Source of the DNA: a virus
Taxonomy: Duplodnaviria > Caudoviricetes
Length of the DNA stretch: 64,000 nt
Direction: 5' to 3' (one strand)
Virus record (IMG/VR): IMGVR_UViG_3300025751_000013
Coordinates: 32,001 to 96,000 of that record
The translations under genes and the position numbers were made by a program. The notes below the pieces were generated by a model that saw nothing but the letters and a program-made list of their open reading frames with translations, was not told the DNA's origin and searched no databases. The first letter of the stretch is position 1. Every line of letters starts with the position of its first letter. Below, piece after piece: positions 46,301 to 50,363 of the stretch.

Positions 46301-47867
46301 CAGATGGAGTGTTGGGTCTGAAGACTTTGCAGCAGCAAACTTTATTGGTGATGTAACTGGTGATGTAACTGGTAATGTTACAGGTAACATAACATCAACT
46401 GGCACTTCAACGTTCACAACAATTGATGTGAATGGTGGTAATATTGACGGAACAATTATTGGCGGTACATCTAGAGCTGAAATAACTGGTACAACAATTA
46501 CCGCAGACACAAGATTCTATGGTCCATTAACTGGTGATGTAACTGGTGATATAGTAGGTGATGTTACTGGTACAGTAAGTAGCATTACAAATCACTCAAC
46601 AACTGACTTATCAGAAGGTTCTAATTTATATTATACCGATGCAAGAGCAAGAGCATCTGTTAGTGTTACTGATACAGGCGGCGACGGCGGTCTTACTTAT
46701 AATAGTACAAGTGGTGTGTTTACTTATACAGGCCCAAGTGCATCAGAAGTAAGAGCACATATTACAGGAAGTACTGGTGTAACATTTTCAGGCGGTGCAA
46801 TAAGTATAGGACAACCAGTTGGTACAACAGATAATGTTACGTTTAACGATGTTGATGTTGATGGTGACTTAACTGTTGCAGGTTCGTTGTCGTTTGGTAC
46901 TGTTGAAATTACAAATAGTTTAACAGTTTCAGGCAATATAACTTCACTAGAATCAGAACAGATAGCGTTCTCTGATAACTTTATACTACTTAATGCAGTT
47001 CCGTCAGGAAGTACGCCACACGCAGGCGAAACAGCAGGTATTGAAATTGATAGAGGAACTAACTCTAACAAATTCTTTAGTTGGGATGAAACTGCTGATA
47101 AATGGTCACTAGGCGGTGAAACGCTTGTGGCTGGTACAGTTGAAGCCGACTTTACAGGTACATTAACTGGTAGAGTTAACCACGCAAGTGGTACATCAAA
47201 CTTCCAAAATATTGATGCTACTGGTACAATTGAAGCAGATGGTGTTATAACTGGTAACGCTGGCTTCTCAGGAGACTTGACTGGTAATGTATCTGGTACA
47301 GTAAATGATATTTCTAATCATTCAACAACAGCATTAAGTGAAGGTACAAATTTATACTTCACAACTGCAAGAGTAAACAATCATCTACTATCAAACATTA
47401 TTAATAACGTTATGCCAGCAGCTGGTACAGGTGGTACTTTAGACTTAGGTACTAACGGTCTAAGATGGAGAGATGGTTACTTTACTAGAGATGTTGTAGC
47501 AGACTCACTTACTGCTGTAACTAAAAACTTCGTAATTGATCACCCAACTAAGGAAGATCATAAATTAAGATATGCATCACTCGAGGGTCCAGAAAATGGT
47601 GTATATGTAAGAGGTAAACTAAAAGGTGAAAATGTAATTGAACTACCTGACTATTGGACAGCACTAGTACATGAAGAGTCAATTACAGTTAACTTAACAG
47701 CAAACCTCGGCTTCCAGCAATTATATGTTGAGAAGATAGAAGATGGCAAAGTGTATATTAATATTGCAGGGGCAGATATTGATGCAATTGATTGTTTCTA
47801 TACAGTTTACGGTGAACGTAAAGATGTAGACAGACTTGAGATTGAATTTAAAAAGGACTCAGAATAA
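19332..47867 (+). CDS. Giant repetitive tail fibre/appendage protein, 9,511 aa
   Basis: Gly/Thr/Val/Asn-rich beta repeats (GDVTGNVTG, GGxIDGTxIG, GTLDVTG). N-terminal adaptor-like domain and CBM5/12-like YxxxDVxxYxGxxYV repeats. C-terminal KNFVIDHPTK..LRYASLEGPENGVYVRG domain typical of phage fibre ends. Confidence 0.85.
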   Translation: MSFISTTRVIENNQEVLFEGPLDKESNVHTVAVLNEGVSPNSTTDPIKVTLSLYDASEPATRPFAILEVAPGTDAQYTKVINIRPGDQLRAETDGGEVTIMIGAFVDEDTLVTSIFNITGQYDHTVTYQPYDVAYYLGSTYVNTTVDQTAVYPTQVNGGWTPLGSGFNAYGEFDPLVLYPPLSVVKWANNVYVTVTGSPVGVYPNDYNSTWISFTSLTSDEIPDTSGVSANVAASITILNNRLNTLTTTEVPEASDADLEAASGFENAYFTRARARESISVTGDLIYDVNTGVLSAQTLTQDDVNIFIDNRVSKSFVDALGVDADTVDGIEGTVLARTDISPTFSQNIIVSGEMRGDLRGNVLADDSSIIINHATKEINGRFEGTLIAANSDVILNTGIDGFDATFTGTTFGEHRGDVLSDDSNVIIDASSGLISGDLEGNVTATFGVSRFNDIITDNIIVQEELQVANILGNITSTGVSTFNNVDINGGYIDNAVINTTNITGTTIVGTYIEAQTGGFRGDILSTGTSRFNDLIVTGDLTFNTLEVQALADFKSLVNIDGGLTVGGTLNVTGGTTFGNINVTGGQISGVTLGSGSYPVDIVADDVTILNSFTATDVTAEFSTLIVTDEMTGDVSGNLRGNVLSQDGTTVIIDAFAGIIRGDLVGDTVGQHTGNVDGNVVGNVTGNVTAAAGLSSFSSMNAQIGDIAALEAGSLTVTGAASFTGDLTFDTLQIASLAVNNTLTVSGISTLGSVDIGGGTMDAVTIGGNVPASVTGTIFTGDKMFADLFTGSLKGVVEGSVEGDLYGNVLGLDSSIVLNTSTARATLDADVTGQIDATANGGGESRFDDITITGVFSLQGGGQLTGDLTGNVVGDVTGDVYASNGDKILETGNGTTIPAKLTGNVEGEVLGTFTGTASGDFTGDVFAYDSTKMLDAFSNILRGDLVGNVSGNVLGDLTGNVNTTGTQSDGFFRNLTVEDTLTFPSLNISTIDSDNIDVDNAILDVVTIGAGITTGTIDNTTIGATTPRGGVFTTLQGAIIEASSEFRGNIVSSGSSRFNELIVTGDFVANLRGDIIAEDSSVIVNNATKTFYGTLQGTTVGTLQGNVIATSGLSEFNSINVAQEISGTLRGDVVAPDSTLLIDISSQNINGNVITATGGFSGEITGTLVGDIKATGGQVVLDSGTDGTDATFAGNVTGNVLNTLGETVLDANAERLTGTLAGNVYAIDGISQILDSGTDGTDAVFTGQVIGDVTGNVTASSGVSNFNNIVIANEAVGNFKGNVLAADSSVLVNYLDSSITAATITATGNFVGDVIGNVDTRTVDVNTRSYFQNITVLGEIDLSGASGNITADIEGTLKGNVVSTTGDPNAADVLLLDAAGRSILNMASISSNEFTGDEFIGDFLGDLYSADGSFRVLDTGATGNQAYYIGDMRGNVQGNLLGDDSSVIVNYVSGDINGRVVSSSQGFQGKIEDPNNNMSSLYDLTIRNNLFVEGTTTTVNTDNLDIKDNTIVLNKGQSDGVTGVVLGTAGIQIDRGNGVDANLLWTEDGGAGYWDFTNTAQVRGAFRGNVTGDVYSPFNSGTPILDTGTATLPATYIGNVVGDIEGNVTVGAGLSSFFSVNVEEEIAGNLRGNVLANDSTKIIDFINSNIYGATISATAGFSGDVFGNIDARGESSASYSYFQNLSVSGDIQFDSLNIATLEVGTDLNVGNNVDVTGQITAGSVDIAGGEIDGTIIGSNVASAASVTTLTVTTGDINVTQGTINITQGNLSADTIFAVTDFRGNLVGNVTGSLSGGTVTGDVYGNLYRPGGTTPVLNTGTGGVEPRLYGNVTGNVTGDVLGDVTGNVQGVLYGSVISEDSTTTIVNASSGLITGDINSSGTSTFNNIVVEGALDFTTFALNEITVNTLLQVDGTANLTVANIFAGNIDNTRIGVTTPSTIKGTVIEATTKFVGDIAGEVDGNVTGDLRGNIIGEDSSVIVDNDLKRFTGNLLGDVYTTDGVTLFNILDSGTDGTDASIIADVKTPLGATIVDTSAATVTATGGFTGQIDASAPGTSQFHTVTVSNNLSVPGTVNVTQTVEASGGIENTSIGAGNTESTGAFTSITTTGAVTVGGDLIVQGNTVTLNTSTLDVEDLNITVAKGAANAAAADGAGLTVDTAGAWIQYKNPSDQWRFNKDIDLTTENVRLLGNITSTGVSNFSGTANFSGTVDMAGATINNSTFQNMDVAATSEFSGNMTLDTAANFTMINAAGTPVTVFSIDGSNGNTTISQGGQFEILDTLSASMFSVDGGTGNTLVTGTLGVDGIVSINNTTGSTTTTTGALIVDGGVGIAENLFIGGNLDVAGNAVISGNLTFGDAATDTVAFGADINSSIIPDINNTYDLGSSAQAWRELYLTQNINFKGATGDNEIIVPTNLFDALSIKDDANTSIIDVETTTGAPVVKINPNTTVAGTLDVTGETTLASAIISDVNPSRVVLSGGSKEISYSDQFTYSAGAGVIDVDITGSLAVDNLTFDGNTISSTDSNGAIILDPQGSGVVTVNANTTISGTFTSTGLASLDNGIDVNGAVFTVSNTGAVNTTSTLDVTGLASLDGGIDVDGAFTVANTTGNITTSGTLDITGTTTLRNTVGIQGITTISNANDASNATSGALIVSGGAGIAKKLFVAGDFEVGTNRFNVAATTGDTTVAGDFTVTSGTAFLDGGINVDSGAFIVANTTGDITTLGDISIADSKKLLIGTGNDLEIFHDGSNSFIKDVGAGNLTIATDVLTLTKGDGTKTTAVLDADGATELYYNNTKRFETTLVGADVTGTFNTSGLATLDSAVISDLPANRIVYTSGANGRLISTADFVIDGTSLNVGSNNFVVTAATGNTAIVGTLDVTGETTVGNLVADDIKLGDGEKIQFGNAQDLEIYHDGSNSYIHESGTGGLILRSANSILFQDATSTKTAMSLTANGSQILYHNDVQRFQTTVSGADITGDVDISGTLDVDGNFQVGTSRFNVEATTGNTQIDGTLTADGLTTLNGGITADGGVFTVADGTGNIATSGTLNVTGDTTLSTLTATSDVTVQGDLTVEGNLTTVNATEINVSDKNITLGGTTTTLSALNNSGITIGGTLGAGSNPALTYTYTGVSPNQVERFNLNRELIVDKVHGDIKGNVYASDDTSIILNAGTNGNDAIFKGDVYSTTDTLIIDSGASIDDATFYGNIDLRTETNYGNTPSTGTTSYFNNLDVAGTLSMANASIGTLSGNLVGDIYASNGTSLILDNGTNGTDASFQGNIKNDNGTVIIQNGSTGVAATFTGKLVGDVDSSGISYFNNMYANVINAFLDGDISGSVLGEDSVMMLDAGARTLSVTDVQTSTITASSYLSGDVRGDIYNNNGTQKILETGGTATDAAIFTGRVDASNAINTTSNFNNVDATGIFTGVLGAVGNTANAFVNDLTVDSVATFTGVVNALTSAVNINSVNIDGGTIDGTVIGAATPAAITGTTVTANTGFVGNITGNITGDLDARGLGGTTFIDDLVMGPGTNAAIDTATITTLNASTLVLTNLALSGDLDVLTGTGTFQNLEVTAGGNIVGLATLGTSASPVASSVITTIDVSAGDIVGLSTLGTSASPVIAADIDTAVIDDVTSVTVRADNFTITNTGDSAHKFTGPLEGNITSAGTSTFTGTVSLSGATVVLADNQLSGDKIDGGVIGNADLLGNGTSNTISGYDITVTGALDLTGATVTYDNDSISGDKVSGGTIDAANITGGAGKTLDGYDITVGAGRTLTVNGSTSVATLAASALVELDGGFNVNDDFVVDVDGNTRLNAAANFEIWNAAGTPVKVFDIVGSTGATTIANTLDVVGPVSITTGTGSTSTSTGSLTVTGGVGISENAFVGGDLDVAANAQLSGTLDVDGVTNINNTLTVDSLASLDGGIAVSDGAAGDAFTVAVTTGNVVTTGTLDVTGLSSLDGGIDVNGSNYTVSAAGAVTQASTLDVSGDVTLLQSANFEIFDAGVGSNSTFAVNGADGNTQIAGTLGVDGLASLNASLTVTGLTTTDTAVVNNTLNVTGATTLDGTFAVQNAGADVFTVADATGNTVISGTLQAGNTTVADVTATGTGTITGNFDVNTTAFTVAAATGNTDILGDLAVNTTALTVAAATGNTTVGGTLDVAGDTNFNSTTGSTLSTNGAVVIDGGLGVAENINFGGVLKTTTATASTDTVTGSIVTAGGVGIAGALNVGGVTHISQTVDATSASDGALFVDGGVGIAKKLFVGTDLDVTGSVQIDTDLNVTGNTVITGNLTVNGASTTINAATLDVEDKDIRVASNVDTLLGANNAGLIIGSTNVGDVANGGNAGETNVTFTYNATDDSLDSNVDIQAPTFIGNLTGDVTGSATIGVGKTLDVDGAFNVNASSGNLDNVVIGGVTRADASVHTLTTRNINVDSGYDVTLTSGDVTITAGDFVATTGNISATSGTISGDIFVAGTEFRGDLTTVDGGTGVNLFESTGVAVSTGNITTTTGDFTSTSGDFTTGTGNISTSSGDITTTTGDINGQIITANTKVIGQIGTDASTASDMNDAFVSTLYSNTTITSSGNTDVGGNLTVTGTSNFDDAVTISNNLTITGPGGVDAQGDPNLSTATFQNIVVTGSFTVDTLTIDDFTVGDELAVLGDTTLSGNLTVNSGVTTLSSVDIAGGAMDGVTIGGDGVTPAANITGAALTGTSLTTTTGNVTLNSGNIVVTQGNITTTAGEIRSPVGGFVGQIDATATGTSSFDNVLVNDDLTVNGKVFSVASAASGFVGDLYSNNSGGTPIKILQAGTTLGTAMYTGNVTGIVGDSANRNTGHFSTLDATQSNLATVDIDGGTIDGVTFTAGTLVDTPIGQTGTPQNATVSNLVSNTIRVNSSTANTIDGVTIGDTQRRPGNFTTLDANTSITVGSVVGSINSTPIGDSIASTITGTTITASTRFEGVLQGDIQSTSGGVGLPAGTLLIDSSTRNISNIVDFTSETVEATTITATQTTNGFQGDLTGDVIGQIGTSTLADRNNAFFTNVDILGDVDIDGDITLAATHSITGIIDGLAGSDITGAFTLETGQTADLSGGTLTLANDQISGDAIEGGTIGNITISNLTSPNITITGGTLQGVDATSFDIDGGTIINTSIGQSGSAQNIKGATIESTTGFVGQINSTGGGGGTSNFDIITVAGTSTFTGNATFGNLSGALTGSFTGGATITSGTFSNIQIASSTQINSSAFIGPLSGDVTGGGTGTVSTFNRINVQGGPAETSQISNLTVGTFATNAATITGGNITNTTIGGATGTGSFPGYFSLIEATGAITAGTQFIGDMNNPNTVNQDDSSADFTQGYFTDLRVKNFETDTIIINSDQEFSNVLITGDLTVNEDVLIKGDLETEQNFITINKNETGNAGISGAGNAGIIFERGNGVGIQDASLIFSESGGNPEYEFSQFKVVASEFEAPLFSGNITAALGTSTFNNITVNNSANLGNSVTIAGGNIDNTVIGNGTQASIDGTTIKAHVEFQGDLDTTNGVNGNIDTITLDATGLITARAGVDVTGGTIDGEGRFTTGTTIDAGTHIRNTPIGVDVAGISGRAVGYFNALEATTIISTLGITGNITGDVTGSIDDRNTIGEVPLNPPSLTENLNMNLSQFDRVSVLGHLTMGTDTYIKAVNLDVSGIFNVNDLDIGATLDVAGNFTVGSGTPKKLDVNAATGAMTHNGAFTTSGTATFDGDINANANVTIGSDATDELIINAVIDSDILTKTDGAYDIGTVSTRWGHVYADNATFTDDVAIGGNLTVTGSVTQTNVDQINIADNIIVLNGQESSNVISASTAGIEISRGTGSNASFLYDEGLSSWTLTGATSKLTVDEVRADIEATDGTTIVDISSKTIDMVGVDTDTLTVNLGATIGTTLAVSGLSTLAQAKVQDLAQDHIPLAGLDGRLNTNANFRFDGVDFDIGAAGSETFKVAVASGNTDIQGTLFVDKQTTIKGNNLGASSTTTGAVVVQGGIGISENIHAGGTLTLTGLASLATGINVNNDFVVDADGNTDLSSGATLTVDGEVNFNGGLVMDTDRFTVANGSGNVATAGTLDVSGNTTLTSVTTSGMASLNAGIEVDTTKFTVDGGTGAVVTQSTLTVDGITTLNSDLSVTGSNDIRIIDALTANVFEVNGTTGATLITGNLTMDGSVGAGNLDIGGNFTVANATGNTDITGTLDVTGDTTVDVFSAGTSTLGTTSITGTSLTVGSDFTVTGTNGVTEIGGMLSADGGIEVRNTANTAEAFSVALGTGNTNIVGTLDVTGTTTVHDLSITGTLGVTEGLTVTDDFSVNGNFVVTAATGNTDITGTLDVTGDTTVDVFSAGTSTLGTTSITGTTLSVGSDFTVTGASGVTEIGGMLSADGGIQVRNTANTAEAFSVALGTGNTNIVGTLDVTGTTTVHDLNITGALGVTEGLTVTDDFSVNGNFVVTAATGNTQIDGTLTADGNFNINNQFTVTASTGATNIASGPLTVGGLTTLNGGITADGGVFTVADGTGSIATSGTLSVTGATTLSSTLSADGGIEVRNTGNTAEAFSVQAGTGNIDTEGTLDVGGDVTIGTNVVTIDAGNGNTIIAGTLNVNTSATVASLRVSDLTTVNAVLLGQSSGEVADSSNLTFSGSLLDVTGSIDVSGNVDIAGNVFADNAYIETLNVNEIPVTGSAGLITGSSAFTFNPTGGILSVTGSITTNGTVTGSTFLGNITAPGTSTFSGQTNLNGPVTLSNNLTIGASVGSINATSGAIATNSTITAGGLASLNGGINVDSGAFTVSGDGFGSVFIDGQTNIDNNLLITSSGDITLSDGVSTVITLDGATGGISADGNLDIAGDANLYGSITRIGNAVSDELEINSVLTKGFYLKAGTLNADIGSTTTRFADAFLENLNVSENVTIAGDLTVEGEFTTVNAQTVAIADNIITLNSGQAAADAGIEIDLSGTTKELKWANTAGEWTVGSETFVAGAFRGDLHASDSAVLINQTTKAVDVASVTTSGNTTVGGILAVNGTNLNVGSGNFVVTGANGNTDIAGILNVGSSNFTVQPGSGNTLVAGTLGITGLTTIDTSTITGVMNVTSSIDSTGTTNGAIKILGGIGLSGNIHMGGNLHVGGTINATSGTITGTTLGTTSSRVTIEADNIGVSGLITGDISGSVTSGNVAITGGTINTTPIGGASAATADVIRGTVITAETNFVGNITGNVTSTGTSTFDGIDVSGGEIDGTVIGGNDPANITGLVIEADTEFRGNIVAASGTSSFTNLTVNGNITNTGSTSTATFRDLSVVGNFVPNALNVTTDADIGGNLTVGGTAQFDTTLLQVNQAATGVPANSLTAGIEVSRGSSPSKRLNWDEGGSTWTVSTEKFTAGTFEATSTITAPTVTADVTGNVTGNITSSGSSSFTTVDINGGTIDGTVIGSNSPAAITGTTITSNSGFSGNLTGNVTGNVTSTGTSTFTTVDINGGAIDGTTVGATTAATVRGTTITATTGFVGDITGDLTGLADRADKLETTRTIALAGDVAGSIGFDGTSNVTINTTIQPNSVDIVADTTGDYARTVTVSGNGLSITGTQGHDIAYQVISNAVSTNTASTIVFRDTFGAFSAGDITGSLITANTRLDGITRGNVQSTADGAFAAGVTLVNAADRTLDNIKDITSEDGTFDTIDINGGNIDGTVIGGATPAAGTFLALEGTTIEATTGFTGDLTGDVLASDASVILNHTAKSVNATNLDGILGANTAAAATVTTLAASGAVTLTAGTASNSTTTGTLVITGGAGVSGTVSAGQFVGPVQGALVGTVGAGGIANRNSGEFTTVNTDSNVVVGGSLTVNSATSTFSTVDINGGAIDGTRIGGATPDNADFLDVEGTTITASTGFVGNITAPSGGTVGTSTLHDLDLQGDLTVASGSIIFGANTVIDNSRNATFNDLTVQGTFLPNTLNVTSTAVIGTDLTVNGDLTVNGTTTTLDTDNITLADNTIVLNTGYSGLSSGAFTSGIEIDQNGTSTSLLWNNGTNTWTVGNKNFTATSFIATTDFQGALVGNVTGKIGETSRDTGKFTTLDTTGTVTVGTSLTVNGGVATLGNVDINGGNIDGTVIGNNVPSTVTGTTITASQFVGPVDGHVTGDVTVEAGDTLNVDGIVDIDASSGNMDNVVIGATTPVSGTFTTITGNTSITSGTTGTGPITGGVITAATNFAGALTGDVTSSGTSTFEIVEIDTSADIQTLDVQAGTSLLGTLDVTGAATFVSQVNVEDDVITLNSDYTSGAPLTSGQQGIQVLRGDENTVRFVWVESQDRWETQNTDLRVGEDLSVNGTIISTGGIQSTPIGNVTPNTGKFTTLETTGNVTITGDIDHTGDFATTSAAIKIDNAESSMSNLLGSGIYVGADSLSGRPHIIVGSNSKWEFNRDFVATAGSQFIGDITGDVTGNITSSGTSTFSGTVDLNGATVNNAAFNLVGDLTGTADDADALSSAVTVTLAGDVAGTATFTNAGDTAAITTVIQNGSVENVMLAGSITNDKLVNDSVIIGATEVDLGTTVTAFTGLTSLTSTVLLGELGAPATRNDIYASAISATGIVTAPTFAGNLSATGTSTLGAAVFSGNAVFNAGLSVASGQTATINGDLDVNGTTTFADITVPGTFTAESTANFNTDFIKLNALGTVQNAGITIERGATDVSFFWDESNDKWSIASETLVAGMVESDVTGHHYGDVTIAGGETIDVSAGTITFANDQISGNAINGGTIDSITITTLASSTVNIDGGSIDGVSIGNASRGTGKFSTLDATGAITTDTNVTATGSINGATVVATTSMTAPLFTGDLTGDADGDHTGTFTGTMSGAIGGASDRSTAHFSTVDASNATLSSADINGGTIDGVVIGGASPNLITGTTISGTTINASTFNGNITGDVTGDVTGNVTIPVGDTLTVNGTFAIDNMTVNQNLTVTGDMTVNGTTTSLNTEEIKLADNYILLNSGTSTAQNAGLEVDLSGGTTKSLEWTTSSGGRWSVGSEDFAAANFIGDVTGDVTGNVTGNITSTGTSTFTTIDVNGGNIDGTIIGGTSRAEITGTTITADTRFYGPLTGDVTGDIVGDVTGTVSSITNHSTTDLSEGSNLYYTDARARASVSVTDTGGDGGLTYNSTSGVFTYTGPSASEVRAHITGSTGVTFSGGAISIGQPVGTTDNVTFNDVDVDGDLTVAGSLSFGTVEITNSLTVSGNITSLESEQIAFSDNFILLNAVPSGSTPHAGETAGIEIDRGTNSNKFFSWDETADKWSLGGETLVAGTVEADFTGTLTGRVNHASGTSNFQNIDATGTIEADGVITGNAGFSGDLTGNVSGTVNDISNHSTTALSEGTNLYFTTARVNNHLLSNIINNVMPAAGTGGTLDLGTNGLRWRDGYFTRDVVADSLTAVTKNFVIDHPTKEDHKLRYASLEGPENGVYVRGKLKGENVIELPDYWTALVHEESITVNLTANLGFQQLYVEKIEDGKVYINIAGADIDAIDCFYTVYGERKDVDRLEIEFKKDSE
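37890..38696 (+). repeat. Near-identical in-frame tandem duplication, 396-bp unit
   Basis: GCAACAGGTAATACA recurs at 37890, 38286 and 38682. The intervening sequence is almost identical at DNA level (132-aa unit). Confidence 0.9.
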
Positions 47868-49919
47868 ATGGCTAATACAGATAAAAACATTACCATACGC
47901 CCACGCACAGGTGATAATTCATTAAATCCTGTTATAGAATTCGACGGCGCAAGCGGCAGCACCGGTGCTCAACAAATTACTTTAACTGTTTTACCAGATG
48001 ACGATGGTACTCTAATTTTAGCAGGAGCCGGCGGCGATATTTTTGAAATTACAGATAATGGTATATACAGCGCAGAAGTAACTGGAGATCTTAGAGTAAG
48101 TGGAACAATAGTTGCAAGCACTGGATTAACTATAGGGTCAGATACTATAGCAGAATATGTATCGGATACTGTAGGTGCAATGATTACTGGCGGCAGTCAA
48201 GCAGGCATTACTGTAGATTATTTAGATGTTGATAACACAATTGATTTTAATGTAGATGATTTTACTATAACACTAACTGGTGATGTAGCAGGATCAGGCA
48301 CCGTTACTAATTTAGGAGATGTAAGTTTTGCTGCTACTATACAAGCAAATAGTGTTGCACTAGGTACAGACACTACTGGTAACTACATGTCAGGTATATC
48401 AGGAACTACTAATGAAGTAGAAGTTACACATACACCAGGCGAGGGATCATCGGCTACAGTTGGATTACCTGATAGTGTCTCAATCACAAGTAATCTTACA
48501 CTAGGAGGATATCTTGCAGGTCCTACAAGTTTTACAATAGACCCGGCAACAGTAGGTAATGATACTGGTACAGTTATTATTGCCGGTAACTTAACAGTCA
48601 ACGGTACAACAACACAAGTTAATTCAACAACTGTTAATATTGCAGACAATAATATACTTCTTAATTCTAATCACACAGGTGCACCTACTGCAAATGCAGG
48701 AATAACAGTCGAAAGAGGATCGTCAACAGATGCACTATTGCAATGGAACGAATCAAGCGATCATTGGGAATTATCTGGACCAGGAACTACTACAGGAAGA
48801 ATACTTACAACAGGTGACGAGGGAGCAGGCAATGGTATCGATGCCGATACACTAGATGGTCAACAAGGTACTTATTACTTAGACCATGATAATTTTACTA
48901 ACGTACCAGATCCTGAGGTAACCGTAACACTTACAGGAGCGGTAACAGGCACTGCAACTGCTACATTAACAAATTTAGGCAATGCGACAGCATCGGTTGC
49001 TACAACTGCTACTAGTGATCCGACACTAACCCTTACCGGTGACGTATCTGGTTCAGCTACTTTTACTAACTTAGGCAATGCTACACTTACCGCTACTGTA
49101 GCAAATGATAGTCACACTCATGCCTTTGATAACCTTACAAGTAAAACAAGCGGCACTGGAGATTATGCTACAACAGGCGATTTACAGTCTGGTAAAGGCA
49201 GCGGCGGCGTAGCAATGACTATCAACGACGGTTATGGTAATGCTAACTTAACATTTAATCATAGAAACGGAACACCAGAGCAAGCTGGTAATGCTGCTAG
49301 AATAGAAGTTAATACTGATTCTACTTCGGGTGCTAGTATGAACTTTGAAGTTAAGTCAAACGTCTCAGCTAATAGTGCTATTCAAACAAGTTCTATTCTT
49401 AATTTAGCAGAAACAAATTCAACTTTTTATACTAATGTGTTGCCTTCTGCAAATAACACTAAAAATTTAGGAGCATCTGGAACAGTATGGAATACAGTTT
49501 ATGCTACGTTGTTTAATGGTACAGCACTTGAGGCATACTATGCTGACCTTGCTGAAAATTATATAGGTGATAAAAAATACGAACCGGGTACAGTAGTTGT
49601 GTTCGGCGGATCAGAAGAGGTTACTACAACAGATCAAAAAGGTAACTTTAGAATTGCCGGAGTTGTGTCAACTGATGCTGCTTACTTAATGAACAGTGGA
49701 CTAGAAGGTGACACAGTAATGCCGATTGCACTTCAAGGTCGAGTACCATGTAAAGTTATAGGAAAAGTTGAAAAAGGCGACATGCTAGTTACTAGTGCAA
49801 TTTCAGGATATGCAATGGTCGACAATAGACCAAGTATCGGTACTGTAATAGGTAAGGCAGTTGGTACTAAGGATACTAGTGATAAAGGCATAGTTGAAGT
49901 TGTAGTAGGTAGAGTTTAA
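47868..49919 (+). CDS. Tail fibre/spike with C-terminal peptidase G2-like intramolecular chaperone, 683 aa
   Basis: TLTGDVxGSATxTNLG repeats. C-terminal YADLAENY..GTVVVFGG..GVVS..GRVPCKV..GDMLV..IGKA resembles the phi29 gp12-type autocleaving domain. Confidence 0.75.
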   Translation: MANTDKNITIRPRTGDNSLNPVIEFDGASGSTGAQQITLTVLPDDDGTLILAGAGGDIFEITDNGIYSAEVTGDLRVSGTIVASTGLTIGSDTIAEYVSDTVGAMITGGSQAGITVDYLDVDNTIDFNVDDFTITLTGDVAGSGTVTNLGDVSFAATIQANSVALGTDTTGNYMSGISGTTNEVEVTHTPGEGSSATVGLPDSVSITSNLTLGGYLAGPTSFTIDPATVGNDTGTVIIAGNLTVNGTTTQVNSTTVNIADNNILLNSNHTGAPTANAGITVERGSSTDALLQWNESSDHWELSGPGTTTGRILTTGDEGAGNGIDADTLDGQQGTYYLDHDNFTNVPDPEVTVTLTGAVTGTATATLTNLGNATASVATTATSDPTLTLTGDVSGSATFTNLGNATLTATVANDSHTHAFDNLTSKTSGTGDYATTGDLQSGKGSGGVAMTINDGYGNANLTFNHRNGTPEQAGNAARIEVNTDSTSGASMNFEVKSNVSANSAIQTSSILNLAETNSTFYTNVLPSANNTKNLGASGTVWNTVYATLFNGTALEAYYADLAENYIGDKKYEPGTVVVFGGSEEVTTTDQKGNFRIAGVVSTDAAYLMNSGLEGDTVMPIALQGRVPCKVIGKVEKGDMLVTSAISGYAMVDNRPSIGTVIGKAVGTKDTSDKGIVEVVVGRV

Positions 49920-50350
49920 AAAAGTTCAATCATTTTAAAAATTGTTTCTAATTTAGCTTTATTAATTTTACTATTAAGAGTATTACGTAATCCTTGATGT
50001 AATGGTTTAGGCCAATTATTAAATGTTACCCACGCATATCCAGTATGTTCGCCATTTAATTTAGGAATAAATTCTTCTTCTATTATACAAAGATAAGTAT
50101 GAAATTGAAAGTGTTTATCGTTACTAATAAATGTTTCTAATGGAATTGTTTTTTTAATAGTAGGCAAACTTCCTATTTCTTCTACTATTTCACGCTTTAG
50201 CCCTTCCCACGGTGTTTCTGAGATTTCATTTGTTCCACCGACGATACCCCATTGGTTATTTCTTTTACTGCCATTTCTATATAGCAATAAAAATCTATTT
50301 GTATCTAATGTATAAAATAAAGCACCACTACAGGTAATATCACTCGTCAT
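49916..50350 (-). CDS. Nudix hydrolase
   Basis: Perfect Nudix box G-x5-E-x7-REIVEEIG. Confidence 0.9.
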   Translation of the reverse strand: MTSDITCSGALFYTLDTNRFLLLYRNGSKRNNQWGIVGGTNEISETPWEGLKREIVEEIGSLPTIKKTIPLETFISNDKHFQFHTYLCIIEEEFIPKLNGEHTGYAWVTFNNWPKPLHQGLRNTLNSKINKAKLETIFKMIELF

Positions 50351-50355
50351 ACAAG

Positions 50356-50363
50356 TAGTTATA
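50356..50363 (-). promoter_or_regulatory. Variant late promoter (TATAACTA)
   Basis: Overlaps the gp15 stop and lies 5 nt before the Nudix ATG, the same geometry as other leaderless genes. Confidence 0.4.

Noticed and set aside
47865-47870. In-frame TAA-ATG junction that could fuse the two fibres by readthrough (also 61111-61116)
   Set aside because: TAA is the least leaky stop and each protein has its own terminal domains; translational coupling is the simpler explanation.
20447-49078. Many long minus-strand ORFs (up to 660 aa, e.g. 37301..39283)
   Set aside because: They are shadows of the Gly/Thr/Val-rich fibre codons, giving Pro/Val/Ser-rich translations without recognisable motifs or evident expression signals.
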